DNA of 64,000 bases. It comes from Desulfomonilia bacterium (GTDB lineage: Bacteria > Desulfobacterota > Desulfomonilia > UBA1062). Of this stretch, positions 16,449 through 26,776 are shown piece by piece. Each line of letters begins with the position of its first letter. Within the stretch, counting starts at the first letter, position 1. Position numbers and translations under genes: made by a program. Under the pieces are notes generated by a model that was given only the letters and a program-made list of their open reading frames with translations, was not told the origin of the DNA and searched no databases. The stretch is taken from contig CAXXDQ010000004.1 of assembly GCA_963664325.2 (NCBI GenBank), positions 576,001 to 640,000 of the forward strand, written 5' to 3'.

Positions 16449-19262
16449 ATGTTATATAATTCCATTCCCGGAATTGCCGGATTCTTTCTTGCCGCTTTTA
16501 TTTTGATGATTGTCCTGATCAGACCGCTTTGGGTTGATATCGACAAATTCATTTCCCAGGCAACAGGACTGCAATTCCCATGGGTGGCTATTGTCACAGC
16601 ATTAACCGGTTTGATATCGTGTGGTTTTACAGCAACTTTTCTAAGGGACATTTCGAACCCGCAGGCAAATGGTTTTCCGGTATTTTCTACTGCCGCATTA
16701 ATAATCTGGGCCGCAGTTCTGGCGTTTCTTCTTTATCAGATAAGACTTTCACTGTTCAGTATTGTTTCACTTAAACGGTTATCCGTAATCATGGCCGCCT
16801 TCAGCATTTTCTGTACAGCGGTGTGTCTTTTCTTTATCGATACCGGAAATGCAGGGTTCCGGCAGCCCGGGATCATTGTTGCATCGGTTGCACTTGTCTC
16901 TGCCGGCTTTTTCATAATGATGACTGTATCTTCCATGCGCGAAGAAAATTCCAGGTGGCCAGCTGTCGCACATAGAGAACATTCAGACTGGAAGGCCCAT
17001 TGGATAACCTCTCCTGAAAGCCGCACGGTAAAAAATATTTTTTCCGGAAACAAAACCCCGCAGAATACTTGGATCTGTTTCAGAAAGAATTTTGACATCA
17101 GGCAGGTCCCTGTTATGGCTGAAGTAAGAATTGCCGCTGACAGCAAATACAGGCTCTGGATGAACGGCAGGTCTGTTGTTGCAGAAGGAGGGCTCAAGCG
17201 TGGGCCCAACCCGTTTGATACCTACTATGATACAATTGATATAGCCCCATACCTGGCAAAAGGGGCCAACACTGTGGCAATACTGGTGTGGCATTTCGGC
17301 AGAGACGCATCTTCACACAAAAACAGCGGGAGAGCAGGTCTTATATTCGACTGTAAGGCTGAGGGGCTGGAACTCTTTTCGGATTTATCCTGGAAGGTGA
17401 AAGTCCACCCGGCATTTTCTGGTATCGGTGAACCTCTGCCCAATTTCAGGCTTGCCGAAGCAAACGTTCTTTTTGATGCAAGAAAAGACATCGCCGGGTG
17501 GGAGGGTTCCGGATATGATGATTCAGGCTGGTCAAAAGCCCTCGATGCAGGAAAACCTCCTGTTTCGCCGTGGAACAACCTTGTTCCGAGGCCGATACCC
17601 TTTTTCAGGGATTATGGAATTAAGGATTATGCTCCAGGCGTTGATTGTCCATTCACGAGTGACGGAGACTCCGTCATATGCAGCCTGCCTTATAATTCAC
17701 AGATTCAGCCATCCTTCACAATCAAAGCCCCTGATGGGCTGCTTGTGGACATGCGGACAGATGACTACCGGGGGGGAGGCGAATACGGCATCCGTTCGTG
17801 TTATATCACGAAGGAAGGCAATCAAGCTTATGAGGCGCCTATCTGGATGAACGGACACAAGGTTATATACACATTTCCCACAGGCGTTGAGATTCTATCG
17901 CTCAAATACCGTGAAACAGGCTATGATGCTGACTTTACCGGCACGTTCATTTCGAATGAACCCTTCTACAACAGGCTCTGGCAAAAGGCGCAACGCACGC
18001 TTTATATAACCATGCGCGACAGCTATATGGACTGTCCAGACAGGGAACGCGCACAATGGTGGTGGGATGCGGCACTCGAGATAGGAGAGTCCTTTTATGC
18101 GCTTGATCCCAGAAGCCATCTGCTTGCAAAAAAGGCCATGCTCGAACTTGCCTCATGGCAGAAGAACGACGGAACGCTCTATTCGCCTGTTCCTTCTGGC
18201 AACTGGAATATCGAGCTGCCGCTGCAGATGCTGGCCAGCATAGGCTGGTACGGCTTTTACACCTACTATTTGAACACGGGCGATTCAGGAACAATAAAGG
18301 CCGTCTATCCGGCGGCGAAACGATACCTTGAGAGATGGAAGATGGATGAAAAGGGTGTCGTGTCAATCAGGAAGGGCGGCTGGAACTGGGGTGACTGGGG
18401 GCGGGAAATCGACATAAAACTGCTGACCAACTGCTGGTATTATCTGGCGATTAAAGGCCTGGAACAGATGGCGCTTGTTTCTGATAAACCGGATGATGCG
18501 AGGGTTCTCGGTGAAAAAATGCGCATGATTCAGAAGAGCTTCAACGATAATTTCTGGCGCGGGAATGCTTACCGTTCGCCCGGCTACAGGGGCGAGACCG
18601 ACGACAGGGGAAACGCACTGGCAGTCTGTGCCGGCCTTGCGGATAAGCCTATTTATCCTGCTATCAGGGAAGTACTTTTGAATGAATACCACGCTAGCCC
18701 GTGTCTGGAAAAGCATGTTGACGAGGCTCTTTTCATAATGGGATATGACAGGGATGCACTTGCCAGGATGAAGAAGCGTTTCGGTGAAATGGTCGATGCG
18801 ACCTATTCCACACTCTGGGAAGGCTGGGAGATAGATAATACTGAATATGGAGGCGGTACGATAAATCATGCATGGAGCGGAGGGTCGCTTACCCTGCTTT
18901 CGATGTATGCCGCCGGTATCAGGCCGACCAAACCGGGCTATTCTGAATACGAAGTAATGCCACAGATGGGCAGCCTCGGCAGGATTTCATGCACTGTCCC
19001 TTCAGTCAGAGGGGCAATAGAAGTAGGTCTGGAAAAGGATGATAAAAGCTTCAGGCTCTCGCTTTCATCGCCTTCGGGAACAAGCGCAGTAATAGGCATT
19101 CCGGCTGAATATAAGGGCGATATCAGTATTACCGACGCAAACGGCAATATCCATGATGCCCTTAATACCGTACCCGAAGGCATAACCAGTCTTGGATTCG
19201 ATGGCGATTTCAAAAAATTCAAGGCAATGCCGGGCAAGTGGGTTTTTCTGTCTCGGAAATAA
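16449..19262 (+). CDS. GH78 alpha-L-rhamnosidase-like glycosidase with N-terminal multi-TM region
   Basis: IAADSKY, DCPDRERAQW, WGDWG, TLWEGW and NHAW motifs; ATG 16449 follows GAGGGAGGA (ORF track start 16395). Confidence 0.85.
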   Translation: MLYNSIPGIAGFFLAAFILMIVLIRPLWVDIDKFISQATGLQFPWVAIVTALTGLISCGFTATFLRDISNPQANGFPVFSTAALIIWAAVLAFLLYQIRLSLFSIVSLKRLSVIMAAFSIFCTAVCLFFIDTGNAGFRQPGIIVASVALVSAGFFIMMTVSSMREENSRWPAVAHREHSDWKAHWITSPESRTVKNIFSGNKTPQNTWICFRKNFDIRQVPVMAEVRIAADSKYRLWMNGRSVVAEGGLKRGPNPFDTYYDTIDIAPYLAKGANTVAILVWHFGRDASSHKNSGRAGLIFDCKAEGLELFSDLSWKVKVHPAFSGIGEPLPNFRLAEANVLFDARKDIAGWEGSGYDDSGWSKALDAGKPPVSPWNNLVPRPIPFFRDYGIKDYAPGVDCPFTSDGDSVICSLPYNSQIQPSFTIKAPDGLLVDMRTDDYRGGGEYGIRSCYITKEGNQAYEAPIWMNGHKVIYTFPTGVEILSLKYRETGYDADFTGTFISNEPFYNRLWQKAQRTLYITMRDSYMDCPDRERAQWWWDAALEIGESFYALDPRSHLLAKKAMLELASWQKNDGTLYSPVPSGNWNIELPLQMLASIGWYGFYTYYLNTGDSGTIKAVYPAAKRYLERWKMDEKGVVSIRKGGWNWGDWGREIDIKLLTNCWYYLAIKGLEQMALVSDKPDDARVLGEKMRMIQKSFNDNFWRGNAYRSPGYRGETDDRGNALAVCAGLADKPIYPAIREVLLNEYHASPCLEKHVDEALFIMGYDRDALARMKKRFGEMVDATYSTLWEGWEIDNTEYGGGTINHAWSGGSLTLLSMYAAGIRPTKPGYSEYEVMPQMGSLGRISCTVPSVRGAIEVGLEKDDKSFRLSLSSPSGTSAVIGIPAEYKGDISITDANGNIHDALNTVPEGITSLGFDGDFKKFKAMPGKWVFLSRK

Positions 19263-19329
19263 GCGGGATCGCCGGGATTACGCCTCAATTCGGAGGAATG
19301 TACATTTGGCTTATTTAATGCTATCCGGG

Positions 19330-19728
19330 TTATATAAAACTGATCTCCTGGGTAGCCTCTGTCACTACATAGCAGCGCTCATTGTTTGAACCTGAATCCG
19401 CCGGGACGATGAAGAAACCTGGGCGACCCGGCTGGTAGCCCGTTGTAGTTCCCACAAGCACTTCGCCGTCCTTGAACACCACCCTGATCCGGCGCCCGAC
19501 CGGAGGTTTTGCAGGGTCGAACTCGTTCCGTTTGACGTGCTGCGGGTTGCCCGCGAGGTCCTTCACAAAGAACACCGCTTTCACGTCCTTCGTACGGATT
19601 TCGACAGGAGTCGCCACATTTGGGGCGTTCGTTGCGTTCACATGGAAAGTGTCTTTACCGGGAAAAAAGTCTGATGTCATGCCCTTGATCATATGACCGT
19701 TTATTAGGCGTACTACCACTTTATTCAC
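19330..19728 (-). CDS. Conserved hypothetical protein with internal duplication (DUF6982-like)
   Basis: KVVVRL..G..IKG.T.DF.P, VKAVFFVK and VVFKDGEVLVG segments; GGAGG RBS. Confidence 0.75.
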   Translation of the reverse strand: MNKVVVRLINGHMIKGMTSDFFPGKDTFHVNATNAPNVATPVEIRTKDVKAVFFVKDLAGNPQHVKRNEFDPAKPPVGRRIRVVFKDGEVLVGTTTGYQPGRPGFFIVPADSGSNNERCYVVTEATQEISFI

Positions 19729-19784
19729 GGCTCCTCCAGAGTATCAGTCTTTCTGCTCCGATAAATTGCCATACATAATGTATA

Positions 19785-19812
19785 ATATCGGCATAATTAT
19801 GGTAAATCATTA
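19785..19812 (-). promoter_or_regulatory. Sigma28(FliA)-like promoter
   Basis: TAAT-N16-GCCGATAT upstream of 19728. Confidence 0.45.
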
Positions 19813-20127
19813 GTCATGTCATTCCGTTATATGAAAAATGTGTTGAAGTGATAACCGTTGATTGCTTCACAAAGTCTTTAGAATAAACTGTTTATGGGGG
19901 ACTGAATAGACCGGAAAGCATTTGATGCACAATGAAAACCCAGATAACTGTGATATAACAAAGCTTTCATGTCCGTCCTGAAAAGAAAAGGTCCTTGAGG
20001 TACCAGCATCAGAAGCATATCCATAAAAGTGTGTATGTCACAGGTATGGACTATCTTTTTTCAGTGAACATGAAAAAGGATTTGTCCCCGGATGTCGGAG
20101 AGTGAGACAAAGCAAAACTGGATAAAT

Positions 20128-21741
20128 TTACCCGGCCAGAATTGCCTCCATGTCTTCACGGATAGCCTTGAGCTTGTCTATGTCTTCGGGCGAAATACGG
20201 CCTGCTGCGGTGCCGTCTGCAGCAACGGACTTCAGCCGGGCCAGCTCTGCCTCGACGCTGCTTATCGCTTTCATCATCACCGGAGCAATGTCGGCAGCCG
20301 AAGGGGCCGGCGCGGGCATGACCTCGCTGGCCTGTCTTCCTGCTGAAAAGATCAGTTTTTCCCTCCACTGGGGCACCTGAGCATTGAGCTTCAATTCCTC
20401 CCTGATAAGATTCGCCAGGGTTTCGCTTGCAACAGGTTCGCCGTGGATTACAAAAACCTCGGGCGCCGACGGCTTGAAATGTCCAACCCATTCCAGGAGG
20501 CCTTTCTGGTCTGCATGGCTTGAAAAGCCGTTGATTGTAAATATGCGCGCCCTTACCGATATGTTTTCCCTTAATACCCTGACCGAGCGCCTGCCTTCCA
20601 CGAGCATTCTCCCGGTTGTGCCCTGAGCCTGGAAACCTGCGATGACGATGCTTGCTCCCGGCTTCCAGAGATTGTGCTTGAGATGATGCTTTATGCGGCC
20701 CGCCGTGCACATGCCGTTGCCGGCAATTACAATGGCCGGACCCTTCATAGTGTTTATCGCCATTGATTCCTTCATGTCATTGGTGAATTTGAGGTTTGGC
20801 ATATCTATGGGATCGATGCCCCTGTTGACTATAGCAAGCGCATCTTCATCATATTCCTTTTTATATTTTCTGAATATATTGGTTGCTTTTATGGCCAGCG
20901 GACTGTCGAGAAAAACCGGGATGTCAGGCAGACTGCCGGCCCGGTTCAGCTCGGAGAGTATGTACAGGATCTCCTGCGTCCGTTCAACGGCAAAGGCAGG
21001 TATTATGACCTTCTCTCCATTGCCGTATGCATACTTGACGGCCTCAAGCAGTTCCTCCTTGCTGGCGGCTATTGAACGGTGCAGACGGTTGCCGTAGGTC
21101 GATTCGACAAAGAGATAATCCGCACTGAAAAGCTCCTGAGGTTCACACATGATGAGCTGGTTTTTCTGTCCGATATCACCCGAAAAAACTATCTTTAGCT
21201 CCTTGCCGTCATCTTTTATCCACATTTCGATAATGCACGATCCCAGGATATGGCCTGCATTCCTGAATCTGAACCGGATTGAATCGTCAAGCTGGATAAT
21301 ATTTTCACGCTGAACGGGTTCGAAATATTTAAAGCAGGCTTGCGCGTCTTCTATTGAATAAAGAGGTTCGACAGGCTTTTTCCCTTTTCGGTCGTTTTTC
21401 CTGTTCTGCCACTCGACATCCATTTCCTGGACATGGGCGGAGTCCAGCAGCATCACTTCACAGAGGTCTGCTGTTGCCGGCGTTGCAATTATCTTTCCCC
21501 TAAATCCGTTTTTAACCAGCCTGGGAATCCTTCCGCTGTGGTCAATATGTGCATGCGTCAGTAGGAGGGCACCAATTTCGCGCGGGTCAAAATCCCAGGC
21601 AAGCCAGTTCCGGAGTTCCATGTCCACGCCGCCCTGGAACATCCCGCAATCCACGAGGTATTTGCTTTTATCGCCCACCTCAATAAGATAGTTCGAACCT
21701 GTTACAGTACCGGCCGCCCCAAGGCATGTGACCTTTATCAT
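20128..21741 (-). CDS. MBL-fold beta-CASP RNA-metabolising hydrolase
   Basis: LGAAGTVTGS, THAHIDHSG, AGHILG, SGDIG, ESTYG, FAVERTQE, FSSHAD and HGE motifs. Confidence 0.93.
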   Translation of the reverse strand: MIKVTCLGAAGTVTGSNYLIEVGDKSKYLVDCGMFQGGVDMELRNWLAWDFDPREIGALLLTHAHIDHSGRIPRLVKNGFRGKIIATPATADLCEVMLLDSAHVQEMDVEWQNRKNDRKGKKPVEPLYSIEDAQACFKYFEPVQRENIIQLDDSIRFRFRNAGHILGSCIIEMWIKDDGKELKIVFSGDIGQKNQLIMCEPQELFSADYLFVESTYGNRLHRSIAASKEELLEAVKYAYGNGEKVIIPAFAVERTQEILYILSELNRAGSLPDIPVFLDSPLAIKATNIFRKYKKEYDEDALAIVNRGIDPIDMPNLKFTNDMKESMAINTMKGPAIVIAGNGMCTAGRIKHHLKHNLWKPGASIVIAGFQAQGTTGRMLVEGRRSVRVLRENISVRARIFTINGFSSHADQKGLLEWVGHFKPSAPEVFVIHGEPVASETLANLIREELKLNAQVPQWREKLIFSAGRQASEVMPAPAPSAADIAPVMMKAISSVEAELARLKSVAADGTAAGRISPEDIDKLKAIREDMEAILAG

Positions 21742-21948
21742 CCCGCATCTCCTTTTTCCTGCCGCCGCTCAGCTTTTTACCTGAGTTTCAAAAAGCTTTA
21801 TCATCCGCTTGTCGATACAATATATCGATTTCTGAGCAAAAATATTTAATATTGCACTTGCCTGTGCATTATAAGACAATATTATATTAATGAGTCTGAT
21901 ATTTGAAACTTTTAAAAATTTAATATTGCAATAATCATCGGAGGCAAA

Positions 21949-24468
21949 ATGTTCAACAAATTTGTTATGGCTCTTTGTATTAGCGCAATTTTCTGTTTTC
22001 CATCCATGCTCAATGCAGACGGCATTCTGGGCAGCTCCGCCCAGAGCAGGCTTGATTCCGAACTTAAGACAACGGGCTCGGCGGATAGTGTGATAGATTT
22101 GAATGTCAGGATCGATATCCCTGACCAGTACAGAAGGGATAAGAATGAAAACCCGGTAGAACAGATCGGGGATGTGTCCGGAAAGTTGAGCGGTGTTACG
22201 CTCTGGGGCACACTGGTGAGGCCGAAAGACGACCCTGCCGACGCATCTGCGGGCCGTATGACCAGACGGCCCACCATCATCGTGGCAACATGCTACAGGC
22301 GCGAATTCTGCATAATACCCTGGGGCATACCTTTGGTGAAGCACGGCTATAATGTCCTGGGGATCGACCTCAGAGGTTCAGGATCAGCAGGAGGACAGTG
22401 GGACACATTCACATTCGAAGAACAGTATGATGTCGCATACATCGTTGATCACTGGCTGCCCGGGGATAAAGCGGACGGCGGGATTGAATCCGGACAGCCG
22501 TGGTCCGACGGTACATCCGGCATGATCGGGGCCTCCTATATGGCGATCACGCAGTTGAATACCGCGGGCCTGTGCCTTAGGGACGAAAACGGAGTGCCCA
22601 AACATTTGAAGGCGCTTTTCACGTATGTCCCCCAGAGCGATCCATACAAGGAAACTCTCATGCAGAACGGGAACCTCGACATCTGGTTCATGCTCGGGCT
22701 CTGGCTGCCGCTTACCGACATACTTGCAATACTGCCGCCTCTTAATGTTCTCGGGGAAAACGGGTTTATCCCGACAAAAGATGAGATTGCTGAAGCCGCG
22801 GGCGCATGGAAAGACCATGTTATCAATATTAACAACCATATCGAACTGGCGATGAATCCTATGCTGGAATATGACGGCGACTTTATAAATCCCCGCTCAA
22901 GCATGCAGTACTGGCCTGTGAAACCTGAAGGCGGGTGGGTATATTACGGACAGGATTTCGGTGGCGGCAAGTATCCGGTTTATCCCGCAGGCGCTAAAAT
23001 ACCGGAAGGCGAGCGCGTCATTCCCGGCAAGCTGCCGGTATTCATGCTGGGCGGCTGGTTCTGCATATTCACAAAGGGCACGCTTAATCATTACGAATAC
23101 GGGCTCAAGGAGCATGGCGAGGGTGACAAGGCGCTGGTGATGGGCCCCTGGTATCACCTTGACGGGAGTATGGGCCTCGGGCTGCCTGACCTGTACAAGA
23201 CGCAGGCGGTTGCCGCCCGCTGGTTTGACTGGAAGATCAAGGGCAAAGTTGATTCGTTTATGAAGCGGTTTCCGGTGCTTCTTTACGTAATGGGCGAAAA
23301 CAGGTGGAGGGCTGAAAAGGCCTGGCCTCTCCCGGCATCAAGGGTAGGAAAAGAGAAGCAGAAACTCTGGCTTTCCGGCAAAAAGGCATCGGGAATCAGC
23401 GGGGACTCCTTCACGACCGGGCTGTTCTCAAACTCCGGGAACAATTACAGCCTCACGTGGCAGACGGATTCGCTCGACTACACTGGCAGAGGTAATTCGC
23501 CGGTGCTCAAGCACAGGCCGACATCTCTTCATGGCGGGCTTTCCCGCTCAATGGTAAGGTTCTATATCGGTTTCCCTGACATGATGAACATCTTTGCGCG
23601 CGCCATAGCCGGAAAGGAAGGGGCCGGAGACGATGCGCCCTGGGAGGATGCCCGTGATAATGAAAAGGGGGTGCTCACTTTTACTACGGAGCCTCTGGAC
23701 AGGGATGTTGAGATTACCGGGCCCATAAAGCTCTCCTTCTGGGCCAGCACAACTTTCGACACCCTGGGAGCGAATGACTGGGAGAGTATCCTTGATTTAA
23801 TGAAGAACTATTTCAATATAGAACAGCCAAACCTCCTGTACAACATGATGAGCCGCAAGGATGTCCAGTGGGTGGCTGAACTCCATGATGTCTTCGAAGA
23901 CGGGCGGGCGAGAAACCTGACCTCCGGATGGCTTGCATCATCCCACAGACCGTATGACCCCGGCAACAGCAAGGAACTGGATCCGTCTTACAAGGCGTTC
24001 GATCCCTTCTATTCCTATCCCGACATCCATCCTCAGGCGATTGAGGAAAATACTTTGTATCCTTACGTTATAGAGCTATGGCCCACTTGCAACGTATTCA
24101 AGAAAGGCCACAGGATACGCCTCAGTATCTTAGGGAGTGATTTCCCCCATTTCGTGCCGGTCCTCAGGCCCTCGGACAGCACATTCCTGATAGATGCAGG
24201 GCATCCCGCCAATATTGAATTCGATATGGTTAATTCCGATAACGAGGGTGTAACCTGGAAATGGATCGGCTCCAAAGGGAAGTACCTTTCGGGCTACAGC
24301 AACCAGTGGAACGCCAGCCAGGCTGCGAATGAATATCTTATGTCCAAAGAGGTCCCTGACAACGGTGACATGGGAGATGATGTGAAGACCGTCAGCACCG
24401 AAGAGGCTTCATCGGACGGAGGTTCGTCGGGCAGTTCATTCTGCTTCATCAACAGCGCAGGAATATAA
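21949..24468 (+). CDS. Exported CocE/NonD family hydrolase with CFI-box-like C-terminal sorting tail
   Basis: Signal peptide; DLRGSGSAGG, QPWSDG and GASYM nucleophile motif; GPWYH; FKKGHRIRL; ends GGSSGSSFCFINSAGI. Confidence 0.88.
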   Translation: MFNKFVMALCISAIFCFPSMLNADGILGSSAQSRLDSELKTTGSADSVIDLNVRIDIPDQYRRDKNENPVEQIGDVSGKLSGVTLWGTLVRPKDDPADASAGRMTRRPTIIVATCYRREFCIIPWGIPLVKHGYNVLGIDLRGSGSAGGQWDTFTFEEQYDVAYIVDHWLPGDKADGGIESGQPWSDGTSGMIGASYMAITQLNTAGLCLRDENGVPKHLKALFTYVPQSDPYKETLMQNGNLDIWFMLGLWLPLTDILAILPPLNVLGENGFIPTKDEIAEAAGAWKDHVININNHIELAMNPMLEYDGDFINPRSSMQYWPVKPEGGWVYYGQDFGGGKYPVYPAGAKIPEGERVIPGKLPVFMLGGWFCIFTKGTLNHYEYGLKEHGEGDKALVMGPWYHLDGSMGLGLPDLYKTQAVAARWFDWKIKGKVDSFMKRFPVLLYVMGENRWRAEKAWPLPASRVGKEKQKLWLSGKKASGISGDSFTTGLFSNSGNNYSLTWQTDSLDYTGRGNSPVLKHRPTSLHGGLSRSMVRFYIGFPDMMNIFARAIAGKEGAGDDAPWEDARDNEKGVLTFTTEPLDRDVEITGPIKLSFWASTTFDTLGANDWESILDLMKNYFNIEQPNLLYNMMSRKDVQWVAELHDVFEDGRARNLTSGWLASSHRPYDPGNSKELDPSYKAFDPFYSYPDIHPQAIEENTLYPYVIELWPTCNVFKKGHRIRLSILGSDFPHFVPVLRPSDSTFLIDAGHPANIEFDMVNSDNEGVTWKWIGSKGKYLSGYSNQWNASQAANEYLMSKEVPDNGDMGDDVKTVSTEEASSDGGSSGSSFCFINSAGI

Positions 24469-24524
24469 AAGCAAATCCGGGGCGGGCATCATGTCCGCCC
24501 GTATCCCCTGACCCATTATTTGAC

Positions 24525-24552
24525 TAAAGCCTTCTGTATTTTATGTCGAAAT
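24525..24552 (+). promoter_or_regulatory. Sigma28-like promoter
   Basis: TAAA-N16-GTCGAAAT upstream of 24589. Confidence 0.45.
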
Positions 24553-24588
24553 ATCCTGTAACAGCCAATACATAAAAGGAGCCCAGAC

Positions 24589-24960
24589 ATGAATAAAACA
24601 GGCTTTTGCCTACTGATTGCCGCATTCGTTTTTTATACAGGGGCTGCAGCCGCGGCCGACAGGACGATTACTGACAGCGACGACTGGATAACCGTCGAAC
24701 TTAATACCGGGGATACCCTGACCGTTGTTCTCAACGACGATCCCGATGACGGCTACGACTGGACAGTCGGCAGGTATGACGACGATATCCTGCAGCTCTT
24801 AAGCGGTCCCATGGCCATACCCTCCAATGGAACGGCCGTTACCAGATTCAGGGCTACGGGAAGCGGGACTACCAGCCTTCTTTTAAGGTACAACAAAGTC
24901 GAGGGGGCTTATCATCACGATATCATGGCATTCCAGGTTACCGTCTCCGTAAGAAACTGA
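24589..24960 (+). CDS. Exported chagasin (I42)-like protein, degenerate inhibitory loops
   Basis: Signal peptide; GDTLTVVL.DDPDDGYDW and FRATGSG.T.L.LRY; paralogous to 25518..25955. Confidence 0.75.
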   Translation: MNKTGFCLLIAAFVFYTGAAAAADRTITDSDDWITVELNTGDTLTVVLNDDPDDGYDWTVGRYDDDILQLLSGPMAIPSNGTAVTRFRATGSGTTSLLLRYNKVEGAYHHDIMAFQVTVSVRN

Positions 24961-24962
24961 GC

Positions 24963-25505
24963 ATGAAATCAGAGTGGATTAAACTGGGCTCCCGGGAGAT
25001 CTACCGGAACAGGATACTTCGCCTGAGGGAGGACGCGTACCACTTTATTCCGAATAATATTAAAAAAGACTTTACCGTCCTCGAGTTCAGCGACTGGGTT
25101 AATGTTATACCGCTCACGGCTGATAATAACATAGTCATGATAAAACAGTTCAGGCACGGCTCGGACTCGGTGACACTTGAGATACCGGGCGGACTGGTTG
25201 AAAATGACGATAACAGCGCGTCGGTTGCGGCATTAAGGGAAATGGAAGAGGAAACAGGGTATTTTTCAGATGAAATGATCCATTTGGGCACGGTCGAACC
25301 AAACCCGGCAATACAGACAAACCGCTGCCATACCTTTCTGGCAAGGAATGCATATTTGAAAAGCCGGCAGGATTTTGACCCAACCGAGTCCATCAAGCTT
25401 GAACTTATAAATTCCGAAAAGGTGCTGGAAATGATAAAAGCAGGTAATATAACTCACGGTCTGGTAGTTGCTGCATTCGCCTTTTATATGCTCTGGAAGG
25501 GGTAA
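24963..25505 (+). CDS. NUDIX hydrolase (ADP-ribose pyrophosphatase-like)
   Basis: QFRHG and Nudix box EIPGG...ALREMEEETGY. Confidence 0.92.
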   Translation: MKSEWIKLGSREIYRNRILRLREDAYHFIPNNIKKDFTVLEFSDWVNVIPLTADNNIVMIKQFRHGSDSVTLEIPGGLVENDDNSASVAALREMEEETGYFSDEMIHLGTVEPNPAIQTNRCHTFLARNAYLKSRQDFDPTESIKLELINSEKVLEMIKAGNITHGLVVAAFAFYMLWKG

Positions 25506-25517
25506 AGGAGGTTTAGG

Positions 25518-25955
25518 ATGAAGGTATTATCAAGTATGATTGTTGTCCTGGCAATATTCTTGTTTTCATCGCCTCTGGCGGCAGCCCAGAGGACGGTAAC
25601 CGATAAGGATGATGAAAAGCTGGTCAGCCTGAGCATAGGAGACAAGCTTGTAATAAAACTGCCCGGCAACTACACCACCGGGTACCAGTGGGAAGTAAAA
25701 GAGGGTTACGATGATGATGTGATCAGACAGGACGGCAAAGGCAGCTATCAGCCTGAAAAGACAGACAGGGTGGGAGCCGGCGGGATCGCTTCGTTTGCCT
25801 TCAAGGCAATAGGTGCGGGCCGAACGGACATTAATCTTGAATATAGAAGGCCCTGGGAGAAAAACGGCGATGTCCCGGAAGATTTCGAATTAACGGTTGT
25901 GGTAACAAAAGTCAAGGGCAAGGGAAAAAAGGCTGTCCCGGAACAGGCCGACTGA
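25518..25955 (+). CDS. Exported chagasin (I42) cysteine-protease inhibitor
   Basis: Signal peptide; GNYTTGYQW, VGAGG and YRRPWE loops. Confidence 0.9.
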   Translation: MKVLSSMIVVLAIFLFSSPLAAAQRTVTDKDDEKLVSLSIGDKLVIKLPGNYTTGYQWEVKEGYDDDVIRQDGKGSYQPEKTDRVGAGGIASFAFKAIGAGRTDINLEYRRPWEKNGDVPEDFELTVVVTKVKGKGKKAVPEQAD

Positions 25956-26052
25956 CTCAGGCATCGTCTTATATGCAGCCGCATTACAGCAAGGGAGGAT
26001 CAAATATCCCCAGGAATAAATGTCCGGGTAACGCTCTGTCTCATACAAAATT

Positions 26053-26277
26053 ATGAAAAGCTTAAGGCTGAATGTTTTTGGCAGGGAGGTTCTTGTTGTC
26101 AGGCAGGATGAAAAGTGGTCGGTCTTTTATGTAGGGCCGGACGGAAAAAAACGGCCTGCAGCGGATATCATGATCCCGCCAGCCACGAAAGAATCGGAAA
26201 TTGAGCGCTGGCTTGCCGATCTGTGCCATGAATGGTCGAGTCTAAAGCACCCGTCGGTCACAAGGCTGGATAAATAA
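26053..26277 (+). CDS. Small conserved hypothetical protein
   Basis: NVFGR..W.VFY.G.DGK.R..D..IP..LADL.HEW pattern; 74 aa. Confidence 0.7.
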   Translation: MKSLRLNVFGREVLVVRQDEKWSVFYVGPDGKKRPAADIMIPPATKESEIERWLADLCHEWSSLKHPSVTRLDK

Positions 26278-26369
26278 AACAGGCGGGTTATCCTTTGCCC
26301 GATACCTATGCCTGTGCATCCATAATCCTTCTTGAAACTCATAGCCCCTTACGGTATGCAAATATTACC

Positions 26370-26743
26370 GGGTCGAAGCAGGACAGGTGACCGCCGGCGC
26401 AAAAGCGCGGGAGGAAAGTCCGGGCTCCGCAGGGCAAGGGTGGTCGTTAACGGCGACCGGGGGTAACCCCAGGGAAAGTGCCACAGAAAACAAACCGCCC
26501 GTCTATATGGCGGGTAAGGGTGAAACGGCGAGGTAAGAGCTCACCGGTTCCCCGGGTGACCGGGGAAGCCAGGTAAACCCCACCCGGAGCAAAACCAATA
26601 GAGGGACACATGGAACTGCCCGTTCCGTCCCCGGGTAGGTTGCTCGAGGCGCCGGGTAACCGGCGTCCTAGACGAATGGTCACTGTCCGCTGTCGGGTAA
26701 CCGCCGGCGGAAACAGAACCCGGCTTACGGACTGCTTCGGCCC
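26370..26743 (+). ncRNA. rnpB: RNase P RNA (type A)
   Basis: GAGGAAAGTCCGGGCTCC, GGAAAGTGCCACAGAAA, AAACCCCACC..GAGCAA and ACAGAACCCGGCTTA; terminal P1 helix GGGTCGAAGCAG/CTGCTTCGGCCC. Confidence 0.97.
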
Positions 26744-26776
26744 ACTTTGATTCCATCTCAAGCTTCAGGGGGTTAA

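Noticed and set aside
26447-26761. Minus-strand ORFs of 104 and 71 aa
   Set aside because: They lie antisense to RNase P RNA.
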